Source: Clostridia bacterium (GTDB lineage Bacteria > Bacillota > Clostridia > UBA1381 > UBA9506). From it: DNA of 64,000 nucleotides. The translations under genes and the position numbers were made by a program. Positions 39,452 through 50,408 of this stretch are shown here, one piece after another. The stretch covers positions 1,230 through 65,229 of the forward strand of contig JAZSAS010000085.1 of NCBI GenBank assembly GCA_045602005.1. The letters are read 5' to 3'. Each line of letters starts with the position of its first letter. The first letter of the stretch is position 1. The notes under the pieces are model-generated. The model was given only the letters and a program-made list of their open reading frames with translations. It was not told the DNA's origin and did no database searches.

Positions 39452-40270
39452 ATGGGTAAGAATAAATTTTTATTTTGCACAATTCACATAACGCAGCTGG
39501 CGGTTTTCTGTGTTTTGGTTTTAGGCGGGGTTCTGCTTGCTGCATTGGTTGGTCTTTCCGCAAGTCAGGCAGTTGATGCAGAAAAGTCCGGACGTTTGGC
39601 AATTGTGATTGACGATTTTGGACTGCAACGAAAAGGTGTTCGTGAAATGCTGTCCCTTGATTGCAAATTAACAGTGGCAATCATGCCGTTTTTAGAGTAT
39701 ACGGAAGATGATGCTGAGGATGCTTTAGAAAACGGCAAAGAGATTATTCTGCATATTCCTATGCAGGCCACCACCCATGATGTGCCTGCTCATTTGGGGC
39801 CTCGTCCCGTTAAAATCAGTCATACAGATACAGAAATACGCACCTGGCTTGAAGATGCATTACAGGAGTTACCCGAAGCTGTTGGGGCAAATATTCATAT
39901 GGGCACCCTGAGCAGCACAAAGGAATCTGTTATGCGCCCTGTTCTTGAAGGTCTAAAAGAGCATGGCCTGTTTTTTCTTGATTCTAAAACCAGTTCGAAA
40001 AGCATCTGTAGAAAAGCAGCGGGCGAAGTAGGGGTGCAGTTTTACGAAAATGAGGTGTTTTTAGAACACGAGAGAAAAACCAAGGCTTATGTAAAAAAAC
40101 GTTTAAAAAAAGCAATGAAAATCGCAAAAGAGGAGGGTGAATGCATTGCAATTGGGCATGTGGGATATGAAGGCGGTGTGATTACGGCTGAGGCAATCCG
40201 TGAGCTTTTGCCTGAGTGTAAGGAGAATCATGTTGAATTGGTTTTTCTTTCGGAGCTGACACCCCAGTAA
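39452..40270 (+). CDS. divergent polysaccharide deacetylase family protein (YibQ-like)
   Basis: In-frame ATG at 39452. An N-terminal TM segment and LAIVIDDFG plus HIPMQ motifs are present. Confidence 0.75.
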   Translation: MGKNKFLFCTIHITQLAVFCVLVLGGVLLAALVGLSASQAVDAEKSGRLAIVIDDFGLQRKGVREMLSLDCKLTVAIMPFLEYTEDDAEDALENGKEIILHIPMQATTHDVPAHLGPRPVKISHTDTEIRTWLEDALQELPEAVGANIHMGTLSSTKESVMRPVLEGLKEHGLFFLDSKTSSKSICRKAAGEVGVQFYENEVFLEHERKTKAYVKKRLKKAMKIAKEEGECIAIGHVGYEGGVITAEAIRELLPECKENHVELVFLSELTPQ

Positions 40271-40297
40271 TAAATTATGGTTTTTTAGGAAATTTTC

Positions 40298-40326
40298 TTG
40301 TAAATTAGCAAGCTTTGTGTTACAAT
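40298..40326 (+). promoter_or_regulatory. sigma-A promoter with extended -10 (TTGTAA-17-TGtTACAAT)
   Basis: TTGTAA at 40298-40303 and TACAAT at 40321-40326. Confidence 0.55.
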
Positions 40327-40386
40327 AGGATATATTAGGGTTATTATGGAGTTTTATACCGCTTTAATAAAAAAGGAGATTTTCCC

Positions 40387-41352
40387 TTGAAAGCCAACCG
40401 CATGAAGTCTTACTTAATAAACACATTGCTGACCATTGCTCTTTGCGCTGCATATGGTCTGACCAGCGGCATACTGGGCACCGCTATCGGTCTGCTAATC
40501 AGCGCGCTATTGGGTGCTTTATATTATCGTGAACACTTTGCACTGGGCATTGCCAATTCTTTAGTGGCTTTGATTATATTCACCCTGTTTTTCGGGCCGG
40601 TTCAGGCCTTGATAGCAGGCGTTCCCATGTTGCTCCTGGCATTAGCTCTGGCTCTTGGAACACGGTTTAAGCTGAGCATATACAAGCTGTTGTTTCTATG
40701 CTCTGTTCTCTTTCTTTTGGAGCTTTTGTTCAACTTGGGGCTGGTGGGGCAGCTGTCAGGCGGCGAAGTGACTTTAAGCAGCATGATGCTGGAAATGGGC
40801 AGACAAACCCGTGAATTGATGCTGCAGCAATATTCAAATCCGGAGATGGCCGGCGTGATTGAACAGGCAATTTTTTCTGCCATTGACATGTCAATTATGT
40901 TGGCGCCCACAATCTTTACTGTTATAAGCATAGTTTTGGCATTTACGCTGATTTCTATTTATAAAAAAATGATGTTAAAGCATGAGGATATGTCTTTTTT
41001 GTTACCCTTTAATGCATTACAGGGAGATAAACCCTTTTCCGTTTTTTATTTAGCATTGGTGTTTCTTTTTCTGGCTGCACCGGAGGGATTATTCTTTGAT
41101 GCGGCGGCAAATGTTGTGCTGATTCTCGGCTTTTTGTTTGTTATGCTTGGACTTGCTGTTTTTAACTGCAAATTGAAACAAAACGGCACCAAAAGAACAG
41201 CTCGCAGAGTGCTGACGGCAGCGCTGATTTGCTTTTCAACCGTGTTTTTTATGTTACCGCTGTTTGCGCTACTAATTTGCGGTTTGGCTGATTCATTTTT
41301 TGATTATCGGCATCTGCGTCCAACAGAACCGAAAAAAACCGAAAGACAATAG
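40387..41352 (+). CDS. DUF2232/YybS-like polytopic membrane protein
   Basis: TTG start 9 nt after AAGGAG. The 321-aa multi-TM protein sits in the conserved position upstream of gdpP-rplI-dnaB. Confidence 0.7.
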   Translation: MKANRMKSYLINTLLTIALCAAYGLTSGILGTAIGLLISALLGALYYREHFALGIANSLVALIIFTLFFGPVQALIAGVPMLLLALALALGTRFKLSIYKLLFLCSVLFLLELLFNLGLVGQLSGGEVTLSSMMLEMGRQTRELMLQQYSNPEMAGVIEQAIFSAIDMSIMLAPTIFTVISIVLAFTLISIYKKMMLKHEDMSFLLPFNALQGDKPFSVFYLALVFLFLAAPEGLFFDAAANVVLILGFLFVMLGLAVFNCKLKQNGTKRTARRVLTAALICFSTVFFMLPLFALLICGLADSFFDYRHLRPTEPKKTERQ

Positions 41353-41374
41353 GTCTTGAAGGGAGTGTAACTTC

Positions 41375-43366
41375 ATGGAACTTAACCGTAAAGCCGGCTT
41401 ATATTATGTAACCGGCGGTTTCTACATTTTTGTCATATTTATGTTAGGGATTGTAACCTTTTGGTTCAATCGTTACTTAGCCATAGCTGAAATTGTCATC
41501 GGGGCTTTGCTTTGCATTGTAAATTACATCTATAAAAAATATTCTGAAAAAAAGATTTTAACCATGTTTGAAAACATGACTTTGCAAATCGGTTCAGAAA
41601 CCCGAAATGCCCTGCTTAATTTTCCGTTGCCAACACTCATTGTGGAGCAAAGCGGAAAAATCAAATGGTATAACGAGGCTTTTACTGCCATTGCAGGAAA
41701 ACATCTTTATGACAAAGACATTAATACTTTGTTTCCGCAACTTCAGCCCGAGTCACTTTTTTCAGAACCCGTAATTTCAGTTATGACAACAGTGACCTAT
41801 GAAGAACATTCCTTTAGAGTTTTTGGCAGCAGTGCCCAAAATGCAGGAAAGAAAAAGAGTAACATTATTTTGTTTTTTGACGAGATTACAGAATATGTAG
41901 CCTATCAGCAAAAATATCTGGATAAGAAAACCTTCGAGTGTTTGATTTTTGTTGATAACTACGATGAACTGATGGAATCTGTTGGCACCAGTGCTATGCC
42001 GCAGCTGCAGGCACAGCTTTATAAGCATATTAACGACTGGGCCAGTGAAAACGGCGGCGTTTTGATTAAATATGAAAAGGATAAATATTGTATTTTGTTT
42101 GAAAATTCCCATCTGGAGGGCTTTATTAAAACAAAATTTGATATTTTATCAAAAATTCGTTCTATCAGCGAGGGAAACACCATGCCTGCCAGCGTCAGCA
42201 TCGGCATTGGTGCTGACGGTAAAGACATTGCTGAAAATGACCAGTTTGCAAAACATGCCATCAATATGGCACTGGGCCGTGGAGGCGACCAGGCAGTTAT
42301 CAAGGACCAGGAACAATTCCGGTTCTTTGGCGGAACAACTAAGGAATATGAAAAAAGCACCCGTGTTAAGGCCAGAGTGGTCAGCTTTGCCCTTAGCGGT
42401 TTAATTGCAGACAGTCATAATGTTATTGTTATGAGCCATAAGGAAGCCGACGTGGATTCGTTGGGGGCCGCCTTTGGTGTGTATCGTATGTGTAAAATGC
42501 AGGATAAACCTGTTAATATTTTGCTGGAGTCTTATGACCAGACGGTGAAAAACATGCTGGAAAGGCTTGAAAACGCGGAAGAATATGCCGGGCTGTTCTT
42601 AAATGTGCAGCAGGCAACTGCCAGAACAACTAAAGGCACTTTGCTGGTTGTGGTGGATACGCACAAACCCAGTCTTTTAGATGCACCGCAACTACTCAAA
42701 AAAGCCGGACAAATTGTGGTTGTTGACCATCATCGACGTGGAACAGAATTTATTGAAAACACCGCGCTCATTTATCATGAACCCTATGCTTCTTCAACCT
42801 GTGAAATGTTGACAGAAATTCTGCAGTATTCTGCTAACAAAATGTCTTTGACCAAGCTTGAGGCAGAATGTTTATATGCCGGTATTGTGGTAGACACCAA
42901 AAACTTTACCTTTAAAACCGGTGTCAGAACCTTTGAGGCTGCATCATTTTTGCGTAAGCAGGGCGTGGATACAATTGCTATCAAAACCATGTTCCAACAG
43001 GATTTATCTTCTTATGTTAAGCGTGCCACCATCATTCGGGATGCTGAAATCATTCGTGACCAGATTGCCATTAGCTCTTGTAGTGAGCAAGGAAAAGATA
43101 TGCACATTATCATTGCTCAGGCAGCTGATGAGTTGCTTAACATTAAGGGCATAACGGTTTCTTTCGTTCTATGTCAAAAAGAAAATGCTGTCAGCATCAG
43201 CGGACGTTCCTTAGGTGGCATCAATGTGCAAATGATTCTGGAGAAACTTGGTGGCGGCGGTCATATGACCATTGCAGGAGCGCAGCTGGCTGACACCAGT
43301 CTGGAAGAAGCCAAAAAGCAGCTTTGCCAGGCGATTGATGAATATTATCTGGAAACAGTGAATTAA
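41375..43366 (+). CDS. gdpP: cyclic-di-AMP phosphodiesterase GdpP (TM-PAS-degenerate GGDEF-DHH/DHHA1)
   Basis: 663 aa with two N-terminal TM helices, a DHH motif (VVVDHHRR) and a GGGGH DHHA1 motif. Confidence 0.85.
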   Translation: MELNRKAGLYYVTGGFYIFVIFMLGIVTFWFNRYLAIAEIVIGALLCIVNYIYKKYSEKKILTMFENMTLQIGSETRNALLNFPLPTLIVEQSGKIKWYNEAFTAIAGKHLYDKDINTLFPQLQPESLFSEPVISVMTTVTYEEHSFRVFGSSAQNAGKKKSNIILFFDEITEYVAYQQKYLDKKTFECLIFVDNYDELMESVGTSAMPQLQAQLYKHINDWASENGGVLIKYEKDKYCILFENSHLEGFIKTKFDILSKIRSISEGNTMPASVSIGIGADGKDIAENDQFAKHAINMALGRGGDQAVIKDQEQFRFFGGTTKEYEKSTRVKARVVSFALSGLIADSHNVIVMSHKEADVDSLGAAFGVYRMCKMQDKPVNILLESYDQTVKNMLERLENAEEYAGLFLNVQQATARTTKGTLLVVVDTHKPSLLDAPQLLKKAGQIVVVDHHRRGTEFIENTALIYHEPYASSTCEMLTEILQYSANKMSLTKLEAECLYAGIVVDTKNFTFKTGVRTFEAASFLRKQGVDTIAIKTMFQQDLSSYVKRATIIRDAEIIRDQIAISSCSEQGKDMHIIIAQAADELLNIKGITVSFVLCQKENAVSISGRSLGGINVQMILEKLGGGGHMTIAGAQLADTSLEEAKKQLCQAIDEYYLETVN

Positions 43367-43401
43367 AGATTTGTTTTAAGTACAAAAGGAGAGTTGAGCA
43401 C

Positions 43402-43848
43402 ATGAAAGTGATTTTAACAGCTGATGTAAAAGGACATGGAAAAAAAGGCGAAATGGTTAATGCATCAGACGGATATGCAAGAAATTATTTGTTGCCAAAA
43501 GGTCTTGCCATTGTGGCAGATAAAAGTGCAGTGAGCGAGATGGAAAGCAAACAAAGTGCAGCAGCGTTCCATAAAGAGCAGGAGAAAAAGCAGGCAATGG
43601 AGCTGGCTGACAAAATTAAGGATGTTGTTGTGTGCTTCACAGCAAAAGCTGGAGAAAACGGCAAGTTGTTTGGTTCCATCACAGCAAAAGACGTTGCCGA
43701 ACAATTAAAAATGCAATGTCATCTTGTTGTAGATAAAAAGAAAATTCAACTGCCCGACGGCATTAAAACATTGGGTGTTACCAACGTTACCATTAAGGTT
43801 TATCCCGAAATCACGGCGAATCTAAAGGTCAAAGTAGAGGCTCAGTGA
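43402..43848 (+). CDS. rplI: 50S ribosomal protein L9
   Basis: 148 aa starting MKVILTADVKGHGKKGEMVNASDGYARNYLLPKGLA. Confidence 0.95.
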   Translation: MKVILTADVKGHGKKGEMVNASDGYARNYLLPKGLAIVADKSAVSEMESKQSAAAFHKEQEKKQAMELADKIKDVVVCFTAKAGENGKLFGSITAKDVAEQLKMQCHLVVDKKKIQLPDGIKTLGVTNVTIKVYPEITANLKVKVEAQ

Positions 43849-43864
43849 CCGGAAAGGAACAACC

Positions 43865-45196
43865 ATGGAAAACGGCGTGCCTAAGGTCATGCCTCACAAC
43901 AAGGAAGCGGAGCAGTCTATTTTGGGTGCCATGCTGATTGACGCAGATTGCGTCACCTTGGTGTTTGAGAGTTTGACAGATAATGATTTTTATATTGAAG
44001 CCAACCGCCTGATTTATGAGGCTATGCAGGCTCTTTTTAATCGTGATATGGCAATTGATTTGGTCACGGTTTCAGAAGAGCTTGCTTTGCGTGAACAATT
44101 GGCAGCAATAGGCGGTGTGGAATATTTGGCATATCTTGCTTCAACACTGCCCACAACGGCAAATTTAAAGCAATATCTTGACATTGTGCAAGATAAGGCT
44201 CTTTTGCGGCGTTTGATTCGTGCCTCAGGGGAGATTATGGATTTGGGTTATTCTCCCGGTGCTGCCTCAAAGAACATTGCTGATGAAGCAGGACGGCTGA
44301 TTTTTGATGTTTTGGAAAATCAACAACAAAAGGGCATTGTGCACATTAAGGATATTTTGCTGCAAACCCATGACCGCTTGGCAGAAATATATCAAAATAA
44401 AGGCAAAATGACCGGTTCTCCAACAGGTATTACCGATTTAGACCGGATGTTAAACGGCTTGCAGAAATCGGATTTAATTTTAATTGCAGCAAGACCCTCT
44501 ATGGGTAAAACCAGCTTTGCTTTAAATATTGCCACCCATGCAGCAGTGCACGGGGGTGTGCCTGTTGCTATATTCAGTTTGGAAATGTCTAGTGTGCAGC
44601 TGGTTTCCCGCATTATCAGCTCTGAAATGCTCATTGACAGTAACCATCTGCGAACCGGCGAGCTGACTGATGATGATTGGGAAAAGATTGCCGCTTCGCT
44701 CACCAATTTGGGACAAGCGCCGATTTATATCAATGATTCTTCAAATGTGACAATCAGCGATATTCGTGCTAAATGCAGAAGACTCAAGCTTGAACACAAT
44801 CTGGGGCTGGTTGTGATTGACTATCTCCAGTTGATGCAGGGCACTCGCTCTGAGAACCGGCAACAGGAAATTTCTGACATTTCACGTTCTCTCAAAATAT
44901 TGGCTAAAGAGCTTGATGTTCCCATTGTGGCGTTGTCACAGCTATCCCGTGCGCCGGAGCAACGTTCTGAACATCGTCCCATGCTCAGTGATTTGCGTGA
45001 ATCGGGAGCCATTGAGCAGGATGCAGATATTGTTATGTTTTTATACCGTGACGATGTCTACAATCCCGATACAGAGAAAAAGAATGTAGCAGAGTGTATC
45101 ATTGCCAAGCACAGAAGTGGTTCCACCGGTACGGTTGAAATGTTCTGGGCAGGGCAGTACACCCGCTTTATGAACCTGGATAAAGGGCGGGATTAA
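43865..45196 (+). CDS. dnaB: replicative DNA helicase
   Basis: 443 aa with PHNKEAEQSILGAML, Walker A ARPSMGKTSF and no intein. Confidence 0.95.
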   Translation: MENGVPKVMPHNKEAEQSILGAMLIDADCVTLVFESLTDNDFYIEANRLIYEAMQALFNRDMAIDLVTVSEELALREQLAAIGGVEYLAYLASTLPTTANLKQYLDIVQDKALLRRLIRASGEIMDLGYSPGAASKNIADEAGRLIFDVLENQQQKGIVHIKDILLQTHDRLAEIYQNKGKMTGSPTGITDLDRMLNGLQKSDLILIAARPSMGKTSFALNIATHAAVHGGVPVAIFSLEMSSVQLVSRIISSEMLIDSNHLRTGELTDDDWEKIAASLTNLGQAPIYINDSSNVTISDIRAKCRRLKLEHNLGLVVIDYLQLMQGTRSENRQQEISDISRSLKILAKELDVPIVALSQLSRAPEQRSEHRPMLSDLRESGAIEQDADIVMFLYRDDVYNPDTEKKNVAECIIAKHRSGSTGTVEMFWAGQYTRFMNLDKGRD

Positions 45197-45197
45197 A

Positions 45198-46568
45198 ATG
45201 CTGAATCAAGTCAGAAAAACCATTTTCTGTCATACCTTGATTGAACCGGGAGACAGAGTGCTGGTGGCTTTGTCCGGCGGTGCTGATTCTGTTTGCCTGT
45301 TAGACTGTTTGATGAGTTTGCAAGATGAACTCGGCATTTCTGTTGCTGCAGCCCACTTAAACCATTGTCTGCGAGGTGACGAGTCTGACGGAGATGAAGC
45401 TTTTGTCAGACAGCTGTGCGAAGAAAGACAGCTTCCGCTTTTTGTGTGCCGAAAGGATATACGAGTGATTGCCAAGGAAACCGGAACCGGTTTAGAGGCC
45501 GCAGGCCGGAATGCCCGCTATGCTTTTTTTCATGATTTACAAAAAAAAGAAGGCTTTCATAAAATTGCAACGGCTCATCACGCCGGCGACAACATAGAAA
45601 CCGTTCTCATGCGTCTTGTGCGGGGAACCGGTCCTTCGGGGCTTGGCGGCATTCCATATAAAAACGGCACTGTTATCCGCCCACTTTTAGACGTAACACG
45701 GCAGGATATTGAAGCATACACAAAAGAACATGCACTTGATTTTCGGACAGACAGCACAAACAGCGAGAAAATTTATACACGCAATCGGGTCCGCCACAGT
45801 CTTGTGCCCCTGATTGAACAGGAATATAACCCGAATTTTCAGAAAAATTTTCAGGAGCAAATCAAGCTCTATTCCGCTTGCAGTGCCTACCTGAAAAACG
45901 AAGTACAGAATTTTTGCATAAAATTGGCATTGCCCTTTTCGGGCGGATATGCCTTTGATTGCAGCAGGCTTTTACAAGAACCGCCGTTTTTAATCAGCAT
46001 GCTTCTGCACACATTGCTGCAAGAACTTGCTGACGGACAAATGGTTTTGGCCTGTCATGTAGAAGCAGCCAAAAGTCTTATAGCAGAAGGCAAGGGTGCT
46101 GTCAATATGCCGGGCGGTGTGATTGCAGAAGTTTGTCACAAAAGGCTTTATCTCCGGCGTAATATACCTGTTAAGACTTTCTTTTATGATTTACCCCATG
46201 AAGGTGAGTTATTTATTCCGGAAACAAATGGATACATAATTTGCCAAATTGTGACGGAAATACCGGAGCACAGAAAGGCTGACAGTGTTTATCTAGACAT
46301 TCAAAAATTATCCGGCAAAAAACTGTCTGTACGTTCCCGACAGGCGGGGGATTATTTTTATCCAAAAGGCCTTTGCGGCAGGAAAAAGCTACAGGATTAT
46401 TTCGTAGATAACAAAATTCCCCATTTTATGAGAGACACAATCCCTGTTATAACAGCAGGAGAGGATATTGTCTGGCTTGCAGGCTTGCGAGCTGACGAAC
46501 GGTTTGTTAAAACAAAAGGAAAAGGCCCGGTATTTTGCATCAGATACATAAAGGAGGACGCTACGTGA
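45198..46568 (+). CDS. tilS: tRNA(Ile)-lysidine synthase
   Basis: 456 aa with a PP-loop SGGADSV. Confidence 0.9.
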   Translation: MLNQVRKTIFCHTLIEPGDRVLVALSGGADSVCLLDCLMSLQDELGISVAAAHLNHCLRGDESDGDEAFVRQLCEERQLPLFVCRKDIRVIAKETGTGLEAAGRNARYAFFHDLQKKEGFHKIATAHHAGDNIETVLMRLVRGTGPSGLGGIPYKNGTVIRPLLDVTRQDIEAYTKEHALDFRTDSTNSEKIYTRNRVRHSLVPLIEQEYNPNFQKNFQEQIKLYSACSAYLKNEVQNFCIKLALPFSGGYAFDCSRLLQEPPFLISMLLHTLLQELADGQMVLACHVEAAKSLIAEGKGAVNMPGGVIAEVCHKRLYLRRNIPVKTFFYDLPHEGELFIPETNGYIICQIVTEIPEHRKADSVYLDIQKLSGKKLSVRSRQAGDYFYPKGLCGRKKLQDYFVDNKIPHFMRDTIPVITAGEDIVWLAGLRADERFVKTKGKGPVFCIRYIKEDAT

Positions 46569-47113
46569 AACACTTAGAACAGAACGTAGAAAGAGTTTTA
46601 CTCTCTAGTGAAGAAATTGCTGAAAAAGTTCTTGATATTGCAGCAAAAATGAATGACGTTTATCAAGGAAAGGAAGTTGTTCTGGTTTGTATTCTAAAAG
46701 GCAGTATCACATTTTTTTCTGACCTTGCCAGAAAATTGTCATTTCCGGCTGCGTTTGATTTTATGTGCGTTTCCAGCTATGGTAGTGGTTCCGTTTCCGG
46801 CGGAAGCGTCCGCATTTTAAAGGATTTAACCGTAGATATTACCGACAAGCACGTGGTGGTTGTTGAAGATATTTTAGACACAGGCAACACCTTACACGCT
46901 CTTTTTCAGCAGTTAAAGGCCCGTCGACCGGCTTCTTTAAAACTATGTTGTTTGCTGGATAAGCCAGACCGCCGCATTAAGCCGGTGAATGCCGATTTCG
47001 TGGGATTTTCCATTCCCGATGAATTTGTTGTGGGTTATGGCCTTGACTATAATGAACAGTATCGTCAACTACCTTACGTGGGTATTTTAAAACGTAGCGT
47101 GTATGAAAAGTGA
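46565..47113 (+). CDS. hpt: hypoxanthine phosphoribosyltransferase
   Basis: The GTG at 46565 is 7 nt after AAGGAGG and overlaps the tilS stop (GTGA). A PRPP motif VVVVEDILDTGNT is present. Confidence 0.9.
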   Translation: MKHLEQNVERVLLSSEEIAEKVLDIAAKMNDVYQGKEVVLVCILKGSITFFSDLARKLSFPAAFDFMCVSSYGSGSVSGGSVRILKDLTVDITDKHVVVVEDILDTGNTLHALFQQLKARRPASLKLCCLLDKPDRRIKPVNADFVGFSIPDEFVVGYGLDYNEQYRQLPYVGILKRSVYEK

Positions 47114-47161
47114 TTTCTTTTCATGTAAAAATGAATAGAAAGTTAAATTTTTAAATATTTC

Positions 47162-47190
47162 TTGTAATTTATCTAAAATTGTGCTAAACT
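47162..47190 (+). promoter_or_regulatory. sigma-A promoter with extended -10 (TTGTAA-17-TGcTAAACT)
   Basis: TTGTAA at 47162-47167 and TAAACT at 47185-47190. Confidence 0.5.
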
Positions 47191-47224
47191 AAATTTCATT
47201 CAAAGTCCATAAGGAGTGACATTC

Positions 47225-49093
47225 TTGAAAAAAAAGCATTTAGGTGGCATTGGATTTTACGTTCTGCTGTTTTTAATAGTTTTGCTTATGTTCAGTATTT
47301 TTAATTACGAACCGGGCATCAGCAGCATTCCGTATTCCGAATTGTTGTCTCACATTAAGAGCGGTAGAGTATCTGAACTGGTTTTGTCTGACAGAACGGC
47401 TACCATTACACTGCGTGACATTGAACCGGCATATTCTAATGAAAATAAAAGAATTTCCGATATATCATCTATTTATATATTGTATGAAGATGCCGGCGAT
47501 GCAATCCGCATGCAAATGGAAGAAGGAACACTGAAGGTGGAAACACCGGCACCCCAGGAGCTGCCATGGTGGCTTTCATTGTTGCCTACCTTGCTGACTG
47601 TGGGCATTTTTGTGCTGTTTTGGTTTGTTTTTATGCGGCAGTCTCAAGGCGGAGGCAAGGTCATGTCCTTCGGCAAAAGTAATGCACGCATGAATCAAAG
47701 CGGCGAAACGCACATCACCTTTAAAGATGTGGCCGGTGCCGACGAAGAAAAAGAAGAACTGGAAGAAATTGTTGAATTTCTCCGTGATTCCTCTAAATTC
47801 ATTGAGCTAGGTGCTCGCATTCCTAAGGGTGTTTTATTGGTAGGCCCTCCGGGTACAGGTAAAACCTTGCTGGCTAAGGCCGTGGCCGGAGAAGCTAAGG
47901 TCCCATTTTTTAGCATTAGTGGCTCAGATTTTGTAGAAATGTTTGTGGGTGTGGGTGCATCCCGTGTTCGTGATTTGTTCGATAGAGCCAAGAAAAATGC
48001 CCCCAGCATTATCTTTATTGACGAAATTGACGCCGTGGGCCGCCACAGAGGTGCCGGTTTGGGCGGCGGACATGACGAACGGGAACAAACCTTGAATCAG
48101 TTGCTGGTTGAAATGGACGGTTTCGGTGCCAATGAAGGTATTATCATCATAGCGGCAACAAACCGACCGGATATTTTAGACCCGGCGCTGCTTCGTCCCG
48201 GTCGTTTCGACCGTCAGGTTGTTGTAAATTATCCGGATGTGAAGGGCCGTGAAGCCATCTTAAAAGTGCATTCCAGAGCAAAACCCTTAGACAAAGATGT
48301 GGACCTTGGAGTTGTGGCAAAAACCACCTCCGGTTTTACCGGCGCCGATCTTGAAAATCTGATGAATGAGGCGGCTCTGTTAGCGGCAAAGCGTTGTAAA
48401 AAGTCTATTGAGATGGAGGATATTGAAAATTCTATTATCAAAGTGATTGCTGGACCTGAAAAACGATCTAAGACCATTACCGATAAAGAAAAACGGCTGG
48501 TGGCTTATCACGAGGCAGGCCACGCCATTATGCACAAGCTCATGCCCAGCTGCGACCCGGTTCACGAAATTTCCATTATTCAACGTGGACGTGCAGGCGG
48601 CTACACGCTGTCACTGCCCTTAGAAGATAAAAACTATGTTTCCAAGCAGAATATGCAGGAGCAGATTGTGGCACTTCTGGGTGGACGTACCGCAGAAAAA
48701 TTAGTGCTTAATGATATCAGCACCGGTGCTTCTAATGATATTATGCGTTCTACCAAGATTGCCCGTGATATGGTTACGAAGTATGGCATGAGCGATAATC
48801 TGGGTCCCATGACCTTCGGTTCTGACAACGACGAAGTCTTTTTGGGTATGAATTATGCCCAAACCCGTGATTATAGTGAACAGGTGGCTGCTGAAATTGA
48901 CCGAGAGGTTAGAAACATTATAGATACTGCTTATAAGCGTTGTGAATCATTGCTTGAAGAACACAGAGCGCAGCTTGATCGTGTGGCACAGGCTTTGATT
49001 GAAAAAGAAAAGCTCACCGGTGAAGAATTCGAAGCTCTGTTTAACGGCACGCCGGAAACGACAGAGGAAACTGCAAAAACAGAAAATGAATAA
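47225..49093 (+). CDS. ftsH: ATP-dependent zinc metalloprotease FtsH
   Basis: The track GTG at 47216 overlaps the AAGGAG RBS. The TTG at 47225 is 8 nt downstream. Walker [12 protein letters not shown] and HEAGHA zinc motifs are present. Confidence 0.95.
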   Translation: MKKKHLGGIGFYVLLFLIVLLMFSIFNYEPGISSIPYSELLSHIKSGRVSELVLSDRTATITLRDIEPAYSNENKRISDISSIYILYEDAGDAIRMQMEEGTLKVETPAPQELPWWLSLLPTLLTVGIFVLFWFVFMRQSQGGGKVMSFGKSNARMNQSGETHITFKDVAGADEEKEELEEIVEFLRDSSKFIELGARIPKGVLLVGPPGTGKTLLAKAVAGEAKVPFFSISGSDFVEMFVGVGASRVRDLFDRAKKNAPSIIFIDEIDAVGRHRGAGLGGGHDEREQTLNQLLVEMDGFGANEGIIIIAATNRPDILDPALLRPGRFDRQVVVNYPDVKGREAILKVHSRAKPLDKDVDLGVVAKTTSGFTGADLENLMNEAALLAAKRCKKSIEMEDIENSIIKVIAGPEKRSKTITDKEKRLVAYHEAGHAIMHKLMPSCDPVHEISIIQRGRAGGYTLSLPLEDKNYVSKQNMQEQIVALLGGRTAEKLVLNDISTGASNDIMRSTKIARDMVTKYGMSDNLGPMTFGSDNDEVFLGMNYAQTRDYSEQVAAEIDREVRNIIDTAYKRCESLLEEHRAQLDRVAQALIEKEKLTGEEFEALFNGTPETTEETAKTENE

Positions 49094-49097
49094 ACAC

Positions 49098-49140
49098 AAG
49101 CAGGGTTGTTGTGCCAAAGTTGGCGTGACAACCCTGCTTT
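49098..49140 (+). terminator. rho-independent terminator after ftsH
   Basis: 12-bp outer stem AAGCAGGGTTGT / ACAACCCTGCTT with an inner GCCA/TGGC helix and a short T-run. Confidence 0.7.
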
Positions 49141-49316
49141 CAATTGACAAAACAATACAAAGTAGACAAAATTTTACAGTTACTACAAATTATTTTGTGA
49201 ATAATTATTAAATTTAGTAAAATAATCTTGCAAAATTTCGAAAAAAAGTATATGATAATATAAGGAATATATGTGTTTCTGGTGTTGACATTGAAAAATG
49301 AACGGAGGAATGTGCT

Positions 49317-50396
49317 GTGCTGAGTCAGGTATATCAACCAATGCTTGAACAAATGAAGGCGATATCCGGCAGAGAAATGGGTGTTTTAAATAATACCGGA
49401 ACGGTGGTTGCATCTGTTGGAGAACCTTTAAACGAAGAACTGGCCTATGACGCTGTGATGAACACAGACAACAACGGAAAGCCTTTCGTTTTTGCTGATT
49501 ATACATTTATTGCTTTTGGTTTGCGAAACATGATGGATTATATTACATATGTTCGTGGCACTGACGAAGAAGCTAGGCGGTTTTGTCAGATGCTATCTGT
49601 CAGTTTGTCTAATTTGCAGATTCACTGCGGCGATAAATATGATAAAACCAACTACCTGAAGAATGTTTTGCTTGGCAATGTTTTGCCCGGAGATGTTTTT
49701 CTGCGCTCTGCTGAGTTACAAATTGATATGGAGATTCCCCGAATTGTTTACATCATTCAGCTGCAGGATGCCACAGATATCTCTATTCAGCATTTGCTGC
49801 AGAATATGTTTCCTGAGCAGGATTTTGTAATTGGAATTGATAACCGGAATGTGGTGTTGATTAAAGCACTGCCTGCCAGCTATACCCACGATTTGCTGAA
49901 GAAGATTGCAAAAAGCATTGTGGAAACTGTAAATGCTGAGCTGATGTTGCAGACATATGTTGGCATGGGCACACCCACCGAATCCATCCACGACATTGGC
50001 CGTTCTTACTCTGAGGCTCAGATGGCTCTTGAAATCGGACGAGTTTTTGAAGGAGATCAGTATATTTTAAGCTATGATACATTGGGAATCGGTCGGTTGA
50101 TTTATCAATTGCCCAGCAAGCTCTGCGAGCTGTTTTTAGACGAAATTTTCAAAAAAGAAAGCATTGATGTTTTAGACGAAGAAACCCTTCAAACTATTTA
50201 CAAATTCTTTGAAAACAACCTCAATGTCAGCGAAACATCAAGACAGCTGTTTGTTCACAGAAACACGCTGGTATACCGTTTGGATAAAATCGAACGTTTA
50301 ACGGGACTTGACCTGCGAAAATTTGATGATGCCGTTATTTTCAAGGTTGCCATTTTGGTTAATAAATATTTACACGCAAATTCAGCGAGGTTTTAG
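49317..50396 (+). CDS. PucR/CdaR-family transcriptional regulator
   Basis: GTG start 8 nt after GGAGG. The C-terminal HTH is NVSETSRQLFVHRNTLVYRLDKIERLTGLDL, typical of the PucR C-terminal domain. Confidence 0.75.
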   Translation: MLSQVYQPMLEQMKAISGREMGVLNNTGTVVASVGEPLNEELAYDAVMNTDNNGKPFVFADYTFIAFGLRNMMDYITYVRGTDEEARRFCQMLSVSLSNLQIHCGDKYDKTNYLKNVLLGNVLPGDVFLRSAELQIDMEIPRIVYIIQLQDATDISIQHLLQNMFPEQDFVIGIDNRNVVLIKALPASYTHDLLKKIAKSIVETVNAELMLQTYVGMGTPTESIHDIGRSYSEAQMALEIGRVFEGDQYILSYDTLGIGRLIYQLPSKLCELFLDEIFKKESIDVLDEETLQTIYKFFENNLNVSETSRQLFVHRNTLVYRLDKIERLTGLDLRKFDDAVIFKVAILVNKYLHANSARF

Positions 50397-50408
50397 GAGT
50401 TTTTCATT